Source: a virus
Length of the DNA stretch: 64,000 nt
IMG/VR virus record: IMGVR_UViG_3300028393_001967
Strand: one strand, 5' to 3'
Position 1 is the first letter of the stretch. Every line of letters starts with the position of its first letter. Under the pieces are notes generated by a model. It was not told the DNA's origin. It worked only from the letters and a program-made list of their open reading frames with translations, and did not search any database. The position numbers were made by a program, and so were the translations under genes. This document shows, one piece after another, positions 9,656 to 20,158 of this stretch.

Positions 9656-10408
9656 ATGACAACCATTTATACCCCACCTCCATTCGTGGAGCGATTCCAA
9701 TACAAAAACTGCAAACAGGTCAACGACCCCATTACTCGTAAACGAGTTTATCAAACTCCAGACGGAGAAACACTTCCTAGTGTAACAACTATCCTTGGCG
9801 CAACTAAGGATATGACAGCACTAAACGAATGGAAGAAGCGTGTGGGTGTAGAAAAAGCACAACAAATTACAACAGAGGCGGCCGGAGTTGGAACAGCTAT
9901 GCACGCCAACTTAGAACGTTTCCTAATTGGTGAACAGCGTCAGCCTGGTAACAATCCAGTGCATATCAAAGCCAACGCAATGGCTGATCAAATCATTATT
10001 AACGGTTTGAGCAAGATGGATGAAATTTGGGCAATGGAGCAATCATTATATTTCCCAGGACTTTACAGTGGCACAACTGACTTGGTAGGTGTATATGAAG
10101 GTGTCCCAGCAGTTTGCGACCATAAACAAACTAACAAGCCAAAGAAGGCAGAGTGGGTTGAAGATTACTACCTACAATTAGTGGCTTATATCTTAGCACA
10201 TAATGAAGTTTATGGCACTGATATGAAGCGTGGAGTTATCTTTATGTGCAGTCGCGGTGATGATGGCATTAAAGTGGGCGGCGAGACATATCAACAATTT
10301 GATTTGCTGCCACAAGACTTCAATAAGTACCAAGACTTGTGGTTGACTAAGGTAGAAGAGTATCATACCACTGGATTAAAAGGCTACAAGCAATTGCTCA
10401 CACAGTAA
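9656..10408 (+). CDS. PD-(D/E)XK exonuclease (lambda-exo/Cas4/MGME1-like phage family)
   Basis: PSVTTIL, GTAMH, E...Y.GTTD, DHK, Y.LQL.AY motifs; sigma70 promoter 9620-9648. Confidence 0.85.
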   Translation: MTTIYTPPPFVERFQYKNCKQVNDPITRKRVYQTPDGETLPSVTTILGATKDMTALNEWKKRVGVEKAQQITTEAAGVGTAMHANLERFLIGEQRQPGNNPVHIKANAMADQIIINGLSKMDEIWAMEQSLYFPGLYSGTTDLVGVYEGVPAVCDHKQTNKPKKAEWVEDYYLQLVAYILAHNEVYGTDMKRGVIFMCSRGDDGIKVGGETYQQFDLLPQDFNKYQDLWLTKVEEYHTTGLKGYKQLLTQ

Positions 10409-10438
10409 GCATAAATATCCAATAGAGGGGATATTAAT

Positions 10439-12136
10439 ATGGCGATAACTGAGATTGCAAGAATACAAGTACGACGTGGACAGGAAAATCAAACGGGTGT
10501 GCCACAGTTAGAGCCGGGCGAATTTGGTTGGGCTGAAGATACACAAAATCTTTATATTGGTAAACGTGTATCAGAAGGAGCCAACAATGACAATAACGCC
10601 CGTATTTTAACTGATAAAGATTTGGCCAATGTATTTCGTTTGGCCCAAGCAGGTACAATTTCAGTTAATCCTTCAACCGGTTACAGATATAGAAATGATA
10701 TATCTAATACTATATTACATTCTTCTACAGGTACATATGCTAAGAAGTTAGACACGTGGGCCAACATGATAGATTTTACCACCACTTGGTTTTATTCTTC
10801 AGGTACCGACATTACTAAAATATTGCAAGAATCAATCGGAACTGTTACAAATCCATTTGGTGTTGTTGTTAACAGTAACCCGTCTCAAGTTGCTATCAGC
10901 GCAATAAAAATTCCAGCAGGAAACTTCAGCGTCAGTGGTACAATTAGTTTACCGCCCAACACTAAATTAGTTGGCGAAGGCGCAGGTTTAACAGTATTGA
11001 CAGCCGCGGGCGGAGCACCTATATTCCAAACCGTTGATGCCAATGGACAATCTTTCTTTAGTATGAATGGTGATACGTTTGCTACTCAACCTAAAAACAT
11101 ACATATTGAAGGTATGACGTTAATTAGTACCAGTACATATAGTTCAACATTAATCTTATTAGATAATGTAGCCAATGCTGATATTTTAAATGTTAATTTT
11201 GGCGATCCAGCAGCTAGTACATTAACAAGTGTTGACGGTATTACAATACGTGGATTTTCAGTTAGTTCAGATGCAACCCTTGCACTAAGTTCAAATATTA
11301 GAATTGACGATTGTAATTTTAATGGACTTAACAGAGGGGTATATCAAAACACTGGCACTACCAATAGATACTATATTCAAAACAGTGAATTTAGTAATAT
11401 GAGTCGCGGTGTAAGAATGTGGTCAAGTGCAAATGGTATTGTCCCCGTCAATGGTTTAATAGATAACAACATATTCCAAAACATTGCTCGAGAAGCTATC
11501 TACATTGGCACTATTACAAACACTACAACAAACTCTTATGTAATAAGTTCTAACAACACATTTAGAAATGTTGGTAATAATTTTAGCGGTGATGCAGGAA
11601 CACAGATAACTCCAGTAATTACATTTAATGATGGCGGAAATAGTTCAAGCAATGATTATTTTGGTAGATTTATAAATCCAATAAACACCGTAACAAATTA
11701 TCCTATTATTTCAGGCCCTGCTGTTATAGAAAGTCCAATTACTTACGTATCTAGCATTGGCACAGATACCACTGTGGGATATACTATTACTAATTTTGTG
11801 TTGACAGGTCGAGAACAAAAAGTGTCAATTGATTATACACTAATTGACGAAAATAATACAGTATTCTCAAGAACAGGCCAATTGACAATGAATATAACTC
11901 CAGCAAATGTCGAGGCAAATGAAGCAGTATTTGCCAGTGTGAGTGATTATTTTAATTATGCTGAAGTATTGTCAGGTAGCACAAACTTTGTAATTTTCTC
12001 AACTGACTACACTAGCAATATTACTAACAATTATGTTTCATTAACTTGTTGGAATCAATTAGGTACAACAGCAACTGGTTTGGCAAGTACTGTTACTAAT
12101 TTCAATATCGAATACAAATTAAATATTTTACAATAA
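10439..12136 (+). CDS. Tail/baseplate protein with N-terminal IQVRRG..GEFGW virion module and pectate-lyase-like beta-helix
   Basis: N-terminal motif; IPAGNF.V..I.LP..T.L.GEG beta-helix entry. Confidence 0.65.
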   Translation: MAITEIARIQVRRGQENQTGVPQLEPGEFGWAEDTQNLYIGKRVSEGANNDNNARILTDKDLANVFRLAQAGTISVNPSTGYRYRNDISNTILHSSTGTYAKKLDTWANMIDFTTTWFYSSGTDITKILQESIGTVTNPFGVVVNSNPSQVAISAIKIPAGNFSVSGTISLPPNTKLVGEGAGLTVLTAAGGAPIFQTVDANGQSFFSMNGDTFATQPKNIHIEGMTLISTSTYSSTLILLDNVANADILNVNFGDPAASTLTSVDGITIRGFSVSSDATLALSSNIRIDDCNFNGLNRGVYQNTGTTNRYYIQNSEFSNMSRGVRMWSSANGIVPVNGLIDNNIFQNIAREAIYIGTITNTTTNSYVISSNNTFRNVGNNFSGDAGTQITPVITFNDGGNSSSNDYFGRFINPINTVTNYPIISGPAVIESPITYVSSIGTDTTVGYTITNFVLTGREQKVSIDYTLIDENNTVFSRTGQLTMNITPANVEANEAVFASVSDYFNYAEVLSGSTNFVIFSTDYTSNITNNYVSLTCWNQLGTTATGLASTVTNFNIEYKLNILQ

Positions 12137-12142
12137 GCAGCA

Positions 12143-12577
12143 ATGTTTAAATTATCCGTTGACGATAGATTATCGTCCTGGGCAGCGCTTCGTGCTCAGT
12201 TAGAAACTTGCGAAGAACCTTTTCAACTTGTTATTGACTTTTGGCGGGATGCTCCATTTGTTCCATATAATAGACATATCGATCCTTTCAATAAATCATC
12301 GTGGCCCAGTCCTTGGGAAATCATTGTAGAAAATCAATACGATGATTTTACCAAATCATTAATGATAGCATATAGCCTTAAGTTCACTCAAAGGTATAAA
12401 GATACCGACATAGAAGTACGTAGTTTAATAGACAAAACCAAATCTACATACTATAATATAGTTTGTGTTGATTCTTTGTGGGCCATTAACTATAATGATA
12501 ACAATGCGGTATTATTAGAGAATATACCTGATTCATTTTTTATTGAAAATCTTATCAAAGTTACGCCCACGCGGTAA
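12143..12577 (+). CDS. Hypothetical protein
   Basis: ORF with WPSPWE motif. Confidence 0.65.
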   Translation: MFKLSVDDRLSSWAALRAQLETCEEPFQLVIDFWRDAPFVPYNRHIDPFNKSSWPSPWEIIVENQYDDFTKSLMIAYSLKFTQRYKDTDIEVRSLIDKTKSTYYNIVCVDSLWAINYNDNNAVLLENIPDSFFIENLIKVTPTR

Positions 12578-12612
12578 ATATCAGCTCAACACAGAATAAA
12601 GGCATAAGAAAT

Positions 12613-14940
12613 ATGATCACAGTGGTCAAACGCAATGGAGAAAGAGTACCGTTAGATATCTCCAAAATTCAAAGACAAGTGGCCCACGCTTGTACGGGCA
12701 TTGACGGTGTTAGCCCAAGTATGGTGGAAATTAAAGCACAAATAGAACTTCACGACGGTATGACTACTGAAACGATTGACGAGTTGTTGCTTAAAGCAAT
12801 GGTTGATCTAATTGATGAAACTGAAAATCCAGAAATTAATAATGTTAATTATCAATATGTAGCAGGCCGGCAACGTGTCAGTATGCTACGTAAGGAAGTA
12901 TACGGTAGTTACACTCCGCCCAAATTATATAGCGTAGTGCAGACTAATGTTGCTGCTGGTATGTATACCCCAGAACTGTTAAATTGGTATACTGAAGATG
13001 AATGGAATATTATAGACTTGTTTATTGATCATAGTAAAGACGAAGAATACACATATGCCGCCATTGCTCAATTGACAGAAAAGTATTTGGTACAGAATCG
13101 TGCCAATGGAAAAATATATGAAACGCCACAAGTACGTTACGCGGTTGCCGCGGCAACCGCGTTTCATAATGAAAATAAAGATGTGAGATTAAAATATGTT
13201 AAAGAATATTATGAATGTGCGGCCGCAGGTCACTTCACGTTGGCTACGCCAGTCTTGGCGGGGCTTGGCACTACTACTAAACAGTTTAGTAGTTGCGTAC
13301 TTATTAGTTCGGATGATACTTTGGACAGTATTTTCGCCGCAGGCGAAATGATGGCGAAATATGCATCAAAACGTGCCGGAATTGGCCTAGAAATAGGCAG
13401 AATTCGCCCGTTAGGTGCACCAATTCGCAATGGAGAAATCAAGCATACGGGTATGATACCCTTTCTGAAAAAATGGTTCTCGGATTTGCGTAGTTGCAGT
13501 CAAGGCGGCATCCGTAATGCAAGTTGCACAGTGACATACCCTATTTGGCACTATCAATTTGAAGATCTTATTGTACTAAAGAACAATCAAGGCACTGAAG
13601 AAAATCGTGTGCGTCAAATGGACTACAGTGTAGTGGTCAATAAGATGTTTTGGAATCGTTATAAAAATGGTGGCTCAATTACATTGTTTGATCCGCACGA
13701 TGTTCCAGACTTATACGAAGCATATTATCGTGACAGTGAAGAATTTGAACAACTATATCTAAACTATGAGAAGCATCCGACAATTAAAAAGAAAAGCGTA
13801 TCGGCAGATGAGATATTCAAAAATGGAATTCTTAAAGAACGTACTGATACTGGGCGCATCTATCTTGTCAACATCGACAACGTTATCAACCAGGGGCCGT
13901 TTGATACAAGGCTTGACCCGATATATCAATCAAACCTATGCCAAGAGATACTTTTACCCACCCGTCCTTTCCAAAGAATTGAAGATCCAGAGGGACGCAT
14001 TGCTCTTTGTACTCTTGGCAGCATAAACTGGGGAGCATTTAATAACCCACAACAGATGAAAAAGGCTTGCCGTGTATTAGTTAGAAGTCTAAGCAATTTA
14101 TTAAGTTACCAAGATTTCCTAAGTGTTCAAAGTCAATTAGCAAATAACGAGTTTGAACCTTTAGGTGTAGGCATTACCAATTTGGCCTACTGGCACGCCA
14201 AACGTAATTTCAAATATGGTACTACAGAGGCATTGGCAGAAGTTAAACGTTGGATGGAACATCAAGCATTTTACCTAACCGAAACAAGTGTTGAACTTGC
14301 ACAAGAACGTGGTGCTTGTACCCGTAGCGAATTCACATACTATGGCAAAGGTGTATTCCCGTGGGAACGTCGTGCAGTCGGCAGCAACGAACTAACTGAT
14401 TTTACTCCCAGTTTGGATTGGGAACCACTACGTGAACGTATGAAACAGTATGGCATCCGTAATGCTACATTGATGGCAGTTGCACCAGTTGAAAGTTCTA
14501 GTGTTGTATTGAACAGTACTAATGGTATTGAAATGCCAATGGAATTAATCAGTGTTAAGGAAAGTAAAGCAGGATCATTTACACAAGTTGTTCCAGAATA
14601 CAAACGCTTAAAGAATCGTTATCAACTAATGTGGGATCAAAAGGACTGCGTTGATTATTTGAAAACTGCTGCCGTACTTGCTGTGTACATTGATCAGTCA
14701 TTGTCAACTAACACATTCTATAATCCTGCAAATTATGAAAAAGGTAAAGTACCTGGCACATTGATTGCTAAGAACTTGATGCTTGCATACAAGTGGGGAT
14801 TGAAAACTATGTATTACAGTCTTATCAACAAAGTTGGTAGTAAGAATATATTAAACACTCAAAGCGATAGACTGCTAACAACACAGCCTGTTACTATATA
14901 TGAAGAATTAGAAGATGACTGCGAGGCTTGCAAATTATGA
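12613..14940 (+). CDS. nrdA: Ribonucleotide reductase class Ia alpha subunit
   Basis: N-terminal ATP-cone (VVKRNG), FSSCVL, SNLCQEI, TMYY, C-terminal CEAC. Confidence 0.97.
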   Translation: MITVVKRNGERVPLDISKIQRQVAHACTGIDGVSPSMVEIKAQIELHDGMTTETIDELLLKAMVDLIDETENPEINNVNYQYVAGRQRVSMLRKEVYGSYTPPKLYSVVQTNVAAGMYTPELLNWYTEDEWNIIDLFIDHSKDEEYTYAAIAQLTEKYLVQNRANGKIYETPQVRYAVAAATAFHNENKDVRLKYVKEYYECAAAGHFTLATPVLAGLGTTTKQFSSCVLISSDDTLDSIFAAGEMMAKYASKRAGIGLEIGRIRPLGAPIRNGEIKHTGMIPFLKKWFSDLRSCSQGGIRNASCTVTYPIWHYQFEDLIVLKNNQGTEENRVRQMDYSVVVNKMFWNRYKNGGSITLFDPHDVPDLYEAYYRDSEEFEQLYLNYEKHPTIKKKSVSADEIFKNGILKERTDTGRIYLVNIDNVINQGPFDTRLDPIYQSNLCQEILLPTRPFQRIEDPEGRIALCTLGSINWGAFNNPQQMKKACRVLVRSLSNLLSYQDFLSVQSQLANNEFEPLGVGITNLAYWHAKRNFKYGTTEALAEVKRWMEHQAFYLTETSVELAQERGACTRSEFTYYGKGVFPWERRAVGSNELTDFTPSLDWEPLRERMKQYGIRNATLMAVAPVESSSVVLNSTNGIEMPMELISVKESKAGSFTQVVPEYKRLKNRYQLMWDQKDCVDYLKTAAVLAVYIDQSLSTNTFYNPANYEKGKVPGTLIAKNLMLAYKWGLKTMYYSLINKVGSKNILNTQSDRLLTTQPVTIYEELEDDCEACKL

Positions 14941-16037
14941 GCAAAGAACAATATAACCTAAGTAAACAAACTAACTACTTAAAACGCACAATGTTTTTGG
15001 ATCCAGCAGGTCCTGTTACAGTACAGCGTTTTGAGGAAGTCAAGTACAACAAGTTACAAAAATACGAAGAATTGGCCAGAGGGTTCTTTTGGGTACCTGA
15101 AGAAATTAGTCTTACTAAAGATAAAATGGATCACAAAGATGCCAGCGATGCAGTCAAGCATATCTTTACCAGTAACCTACTTCGACAAACTGCTTTGGAC
15201 AGTATCCAAGGTCGTGCGCCTAATCAAGTGTTTAGTCCTGTTATTAGTATTCCAGAACTTGAAGCACTGGTAAGCAATTGGAGTTTCTTCGAAACCAATA
15301 TTCACAGTAAGTCATACAGTCACATTATTCGTAATGTCTATGGTGTGCCTAAGGAAGAGTTTAACAAGATTCACGACACACAAGAAATTATAGATATGGC
15401 TGCAAGTATTGGCCGTTACTATGAAATTTTACACGGACTCAATTGTCGCAAAGAATGTGGTGAGGCAATTGATCTCCACACACATAAGACTGCAATTTGG
15501 ATGGCATTACACGCAAGTTATGCATTGGAAGCATTTAGATTTATGGTGTCATTTGCTACAAGTTTGGCAATGGTTGAAAATAAGATTTACATTGGCAATG
15601 GAAACATTATCAGTCTTATTTTACAAGACGAATTGTTACACGCAGAATGGACCGCTTGGTTAATCAACCAAGTTGTTAAAGATGATCCGGATTTTATTTC
15701 TATTGCTGAAGAATGCAAAACAGAAGTATATGCATTGTATATGGAAGTTATTGCAGAGGAAAAAGCCTGGGCAGATTACTTGTTTAAGAAAGGACCAGTC
15801 ATTGGCCTTAATGCAACTATTCTAAAAGACTTTGTTGACTATACAGCATTCACCCGTTTGAAAGATATTGGCATCAAATACGACGGCGAACATCCACGCA
15901 GTAGTCCTATCCCTTGGTTTAACAAACACGTTAACATTGGAAAGAAACAAAGTGCACTACAGGAAACTGAAAGCACTAATTACGTAGTGGGTGTGATGAG
16001 TGACTCTGTCACCTATGACGAATTACCAGACCTATAA
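14937..16037 (+). CDS. nrdB: Ribonucleotide reductase class Ia beta subunit
   Basis: FFWVPEE, LDSIQ, ETNIHSKSY, EAFRF, DELLH; ATGA-coupled to nrdA. Confidence 0.97.
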   Translation: MSKEQYNLSKQTNYLKRTMFLDPAGPVTVQRFEEVKYNKLQKYEELARGFFWVPEEISLTKDKMDHKDASDAVKHIFTSNLLRQTALDSIQGRAPNQVFSPVISIPELEALVSNWSFFETNIHSKSYSHIIRNVYGVPKEEFNKIHDTQEIIDMAASIGRYYEILHGLNCRKECGEAIDLHTHKTAIWMALHASYALEAFRFMVSFATSLAMVENKIYIGNGNIISLILQDELLHAEWTAWLINQVVKDDPDFISIAEECKTEVYALYMEVIAEEKAWADYLFKKGPVIGLNATILKDFVDYTAFTRLKDIGIKYDGEHPRSSPIPWFNKHVNIGKKQSALQETESTNYVVGVMSDSVTYDELPDL

Positions 16038-16051
16038 GGATTAAAATTAAA

Positions 16052-16735
16052 ATGGCAGATATTATTAAAGTGGAATTTTCTGGAGACTGGTCGTCTGAAC
16101 TTGCCCAGGCGTTGAAAACGGCATTTGATCGTGCTGATAAAATGCAACACAAATTACCTGCAGAATTAATGACAATGCACGGGATGAGTGGTAAAAAATT
16201 TCGAGCATTAATGAATAATTTAATAGAGATCGTGCCCAATCCTAGATATTTAGAAATAGGATGCTGGGCAGGATCAACATTTTGTTCGTCAATTTGGCAA
16301 AATAACTGCCAAGCGGTGGCAGTGGATAATTGGAGTCAATTTGGCGGACCTCGAGATCAATTTTTAAACAATCTAAAGAAATTTTCAAATTCAGAAAATC
16401 AAAGATTCATTGAAAGTGATTTTAGAGATATTGATTACAATAATTTGGGCAAGTTTAATGTTTATATGTATGATGGCCCACATGAACACGATGATCAAAG
16501 CGATGGACTACGTATGGTTTTGCCTGCATTAGACGATATGTTTATTTGGGTAGTAGATGATTGGAATTGGCCTGATCCTAAAAACGGTACTATCGATGCG
16601 TTAACCAACGTAGACGTTGAAGTAATTGCTGGTATTGAAATTCATACTACGGATGATTTGACCCACGCTAAAGTATCTCACGAACAAAGCGATTGGCATA
16701 ATGGATATTATATCGCAATTTTAAAAAAACTATAA
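16052..16735 (+). CDS. Class I SAM-dependent methyltransferase
   Basis: YLEIGCWAGS, YDGPH, VVDDWNW. Confidence 0.8.
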   Translation: MADIIKVEFSGDWSSELAQALKTAFDRADKMQHKLPAELMTMHGMSGKKFRALMNNLIEIVPNPRYLEIGCWAGSTFCSSIWQNNCQAVAVDNWSQFGGPRDQFLNNLKKFSNSENQRFIESDFRDIDYNNLGKFNVYMYDGPHEHDDQSDGLRMVLPALDDMFIWVVDDWNWPDPKNGTIDALTNVDVEVIAGIEIHTTDDLTHAKVSHEQSDWHNGYYIAILKKL

Positions 16736-16745
16736 GGAAAATAAA

Positions 16746-16973
16746 ATGACAAAAGCAATTGTATGGAGTAAGTATCACTGTCCCTATTGCGATCAAGCAA
16801 AAGCATTGTTAAATCAGCGTGGTATTGCATTTGAAGAGAAAAAAATTGGTGACGGATATACACGAGAAGAATTATTAGAAGCAGTGCCTACAGCACGAAC
16901 TGTTCCACAAATTTTTATTGACGGAGCACTAATTGGCGGCTTTACTGAATTAAAGGCACACTTAAATGGATGA
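16746..16973 (+). CDS. Glutaredoxin
   Basis: CPYC, TVPQIF, IGGF. Confidence 0.95.
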   Translation: MTKAIVWSKYHCPYCDQAKALLNQRGIAFEEKKIGDGYTREELLEAVPTARTVPQIFIDGALIGGFTELKAHLNG

Positions 16974-17400
16974 TGAAATAATTATTACTATACCTGAAAG
17001 TAGTCTAGATACCCACGATATATCTTCAGGCGATGTTACTATTGATATTTCTGGTGTATCATCAAGCATACTTGGTCCATATTTTATTCCCGGCATAGGC
17101 GCAGTTGGGTCAAACAGTAATTACGGTTCTTATATCACAACTACTAATAATACATGGGGTGGTAGTTTTAATACCCCATCAAAGCCCAGCACATTACAGG
17201 TCACCGGCGATGCAGAGTTTGCGGGTGATGTTAAAATTAAGGGTGTTAGCATTGCCAAGGCATTGGAAGATATACAAAAGCGTTTAGCCATACTTGTACC
17301 AGATCCTGCAAAGTTAGAACACTTTGAAGCATTAAAAAAAGCATATGATCACTACAAGACTTTAGAAGCCTTGTGTGAAATACCAACAAAAGATGATTGA
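16966..17400 (+). CDS. Hypothetical protein
   Basis: Operon ORF. Confidence 0.65.
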   Translation: MDDEIIITIPESSLDTHDISSGDVTIDISGVSSSILGPYFIPGIGAVGSNSNYGSYITTTNNTWGGSFNTPSKPSTLQVTGDAEFAGDVKIKGVSIAKALEDIQKRLAILVPDPAKLEHFEALKKAYDHYKTLEALCEIPTKDD

Positions 17401-17557
17401 TCCAAAAGATAAAAAGATTGCCGACCTTGAACAGCAAGTAAGAACGCTGTCGTCAAATGTTGGCAAATTAAATCAACAGGTCAGTGTTCTTGTAAGAGAA
17501 AACAATAGGCGTAAGAGTGAGATATCACAAGTAATCGCCGCAATTAAAAAAGGATAA
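17393..17557 (+). CDS. Small coiled-coil protein
   Basis: MIDPKDKK start overlaps the previous stop. Confidence 0.55.
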   Translation: MIDPKDKKIADLEQQVRTLSSNVGKLNQQVSVLVRENNRRKSEISQVIAAIKKG

Positions 17558-17558
17558 T

Positions 17559-17846
17559 ATGTTAATTAATAAAGGTTTCTCCTCAGGAGATGTAGTAAGT
17601 ATCAAACTAATCAACGGTGACGAGATCATTGCCAAGTTTGAAAGTGAAACCAGTGATACAATTACTATTAGTAAGCCACTGGCATTGACTATGAATGGTC
17701 AAGGTTTGGGAATGATCCCTTGGATTTTCCTCGGTAAAGAAACTGATGTTACTCTAAGTAAGAGCAATACATTCTTTGTTGTAGCAAGCAAGAATGAAGC
17801 TGCCACACAGTATCTCGAAGGTACTACTGGCATTGCATTGAGATAA
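17559..17846 (+). CDS. Sm/LSm-like phage protein
   Basis: VVSIKLINGDEIIAK...I.KP...G.GMIPW pattern. Confidence 0.65.
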   Translation: MLINKGFSSGDVVSIKLINGDEIIAKFESETSDTITISKPLALTMNGQGLGMIPWIFLGKETDVTLSKSNTFFVVASKNEAATQYLEGTTGIALR

Positions 17847-17847
17847 T

Positions 17848-18897
17848 ATGGCACTGGCTCACGAGGAAATTGTAAGTACACTTGAGATAAAAATCTCAAG
17901 CAGTACACCTTTGAATATGCAAACCATTGCGGATGCAATTCGTCGGGCATATCCTAATGATCCAAACATAATTCCCATTGGTATTGCTGTTCCTGGAATT
18001 TGCATTACCAACTGTAATGCTATCGGTGTTATTGATGCTGAATCGGATGTTAATGACGCAGCCAGTAGATTATACAATGCAGGTATGCAGGCCATATATC
18101 AACCTGTCTGGACTGCATTATATTCAGCATATCAAGTATTAAAAAGGTTTGGACTGGGTGTAATTGATTTGACATTGCCATACTTTGGTTTGCATATCAG
18201 TGACTTATTTGATCCCAACTTCTATTGCAAGTTATACGACATCATTGCCAAACTATTTCCACTTAAATTAGATTTCTTAAAGAACATATTTAAAGCGTTG
18301 GGCATACCTTGGCCTTTTTATAAAAACTTTGACAACATACAAGAAAAAATCAAATATATAGTAAGGACCATTGCACAAAGTCTGTGGGATCAGTTGTTAA
18401 AGAAAATCAACACTATTAAAGACCTTATCCAACAAGGTTTGGCATTATTTGATACTGCTACTTATAAGGTGCCTACATTGAGTGTACTATGGAAAAAGGC
18501 AGTAGATCAAATATTATCCAGTATTTTAAAATATTTGAAACAGCCGCCTAGTTTACAAGAAATACTTGATGCACTTAAAGCCTTTGCTAAAAAAGTATTG
18601 AAAAAGATTGAAGTGACTGCACAAGATATTTTAAATTCAATTAAGAATTTTAAATTACCTATATTTGGTAGACCGTGGGATTGGGCAGAGCCATTTGCAA
18701 AACACAGTATTAATCCTGAAAAGATTTTGGCTAAACTGCTGTCAGATATAGGACTTTGGATTAAAAACTTTATAGCCAACATCATATTGAAGTTTGTTGA
18801 ATTTGTTATGAACATTTTGAAAATTTTAGGAATAACTTTCACATTACCATCTCTAAAAATTCCCATTACATTGTGTGTGATTCGCGTAAAACCTTGA
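17848..18897 (+). CDS. Hypothetical amphipathic helical protein
   Basis: Long ORF rich in I/L/K. Confidence 0.65.
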   Translation: MALAHEEIVSTLEIKISSSTPLNMQTIADAIRRAYPNDPNIIPIGIAVPGICITNCNAIGVIDAESDVNDAASRLYNAGMQAIYQPVWTALYSAYQVLKRFGLGVIDLTLPYFGLHISDLFDPNFYCKLYDIIAKLFPLKLDFLKNIFKALGIPWPFYKNFDNIQEKIKYIVRTIAQSLWDQLLKKINTIKDLIQQGLALFDTATYKVPTLSVLWKKAVDQILSSILKYLKQPPSLQEILDALKAFAKKVLKKIEVTAQDILNSIKNFKLPIFGRPWDWAEPFAKHSINPEKILAKLLSDIGLWIKNFIANIILKFVEFVMNILKILGITFTLPSLKIPITLCVIRVKP

Positions 18898-18922
18898 CAC
18901 TGATAGATTTTTTTGTTACAAT
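18894..18922 (+). promoter_or_regulatory. Sigma70-type early promoter
   Basis: TTGACA-17-TACAAT; ATG 5 nt downstream. Confidence 0.75.
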
Positions 18923-18927
18923 AAACT

Positions 18928-19227
18928 ATGAGCACTGAACAAGACAAATTCAAAAAGAGCAAACGCCTACTAAAGGACGATGCACATATTGCTAAACAGG
19001 TAAAGATTGCCAAAGCACACGGCTTTCCAGTTAAGAAAGATGAAACACATCGTTTGCATAAATTAAGTGGAACTACCTGCGGCGATCCAAATTGTGCGAT
19101 GTGTGGTAATCCTCGAAAGTTTTTTAACGAGCCTACACAGCAAGAAAAACGCCTTTTTCAAGATGTGGAAAAGATCACAGACAAACACAGCAATGGATTG
19201 AAAAATGACGAAGAAGATATACTATGA
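18928..19227 (+). CDS. Small protein with CxxxxCxxC motif
   Basis: CGDPNCAMCGNPR. Confidence 0.65.
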   Translation: MSTEQDKFKKSKRLLKDDAHIAKQVKIAKAHGFPVKKDETHRLHKLSGTTCGDPNCAMCGNPRKFFNEPTQQEKRLFQDVEKITDKHSNGLKNDEEDIL

Positions 19228-19663
19228 ACGAGTTGGTCGAAAGTATGTTCCTGTTTCTGAGTACGATAGCGACTATTTAGATAGTTTTGGAAAAGGTACA
19301 CATATTGTAATGTGTTACCCAGGTGGCCAAAGCCGTAGATATAATATAGATCCAGATTATGCTAGTTTGATTGCTGCCAGTCGAGTTGCACAAGATGCAA
19401 TGACTAAGGCAATGCAAGAAGCAAGCGAACTGAAACCTCGACAAACTCCAATTACTGAAGGTCAGCGTAAAGCCTGGAAAAAATTAGCCAAAGAGTTTGG
19501 TGATGACCTGTGTACATTACAGAGCGCCAGTGCCCACGATATTGCTGAAGCAGGAGTAAAAGCCATTCAAGAAGAAGCCCAAAAACTTCTTCAGAATGAA
19601 AGTGTGCGTAAAGCATATGATCATTTTATATTAATTTGTCAATTAACTAAACAAGTTGAGTAA
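19205..19663 (+). CDS. Hypothetical protein
   Basis: Operon ORF. Confidence 0.65.
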   Translation: MTKKIYYERVGRKYVPVSEYDSDYLDSFGKGTHIVMCYPGGQSRRYNIDPDYASLIAASRVAQDAMTKAMQEASELKPRQTPITEGQRKAWKKLAKEFGDDLCTLQSASAHDIAEAGVKAIQEEAQKLLQNESVRKAYDHFILICQLTKQVE

Positions 19664-19777
19664 ATAATATATCTGGTAGGGGTAAATCTACATAGTAGAT
19701 TGTTGCAGTGGGAGGCTGTAAGGCTAGGCGGAGGCACAACACGCCCTACGGAGTCCGTCACAAATTTAGAGATCATT

Positions 19778-20080
19778 ATGAGCAAACCAATTGTACTGAG
19801 TCAAGAACAGTGGGAAAAACTAAAAAATCGTTTGACTAATGATTATACACCTAGTGTAATGATGATCAGATGGAAGATGAAAGATGTGCTTGGTTTTACT
19901 GTGCGTGAACACGCAGAATGGTTTAACCAAGAAGTACATCTCAAGGATATTCACTACGGGACCAAATATTGTAGTCAAAGCATTCGTTTAGATTTTTATA
20001 ATGAACCTAAACGTACAATGTTTATTCTCAAATATAGTGAATATCTAGAAAATAAATCAACCAAAACAGTAGACTTATAA
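19778..20080 (+). CDS. Small protein of the FxL(R/K)(W/Y)S family
   Basis: RTMFILKYS near the C-terminus. Confidence 0.6.
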   Translation: MSKPIVLSQEQWEKLKNRLTNDYTPSVMMIRWKMKDVLGFTVREHAEWFNQEVHLKDIHYGTKYCSQSIRLDFYNEPKRTMFILKYSEYLENKSTKTVDL

Positions 20081-20158
20081 CTATATTTGCTGTACAGTAA
20101 ATATTGTTGAGTATTAACAAGACTTAATAAAATTTTAAAACTAAAGGAAAATTTAAAA

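Noticed and set aside
9656-10408. Cas4-like nuclease as evidence of CRISPR-Cas
   Set aside because: No cas genes or repeat-spacer array seen; this is a common stand-alone phage exonuclease.
12613-16037. Introns or inteins in nrdA/nrdB
   Set aside because: Both genes are uninterrupted and of normal length.
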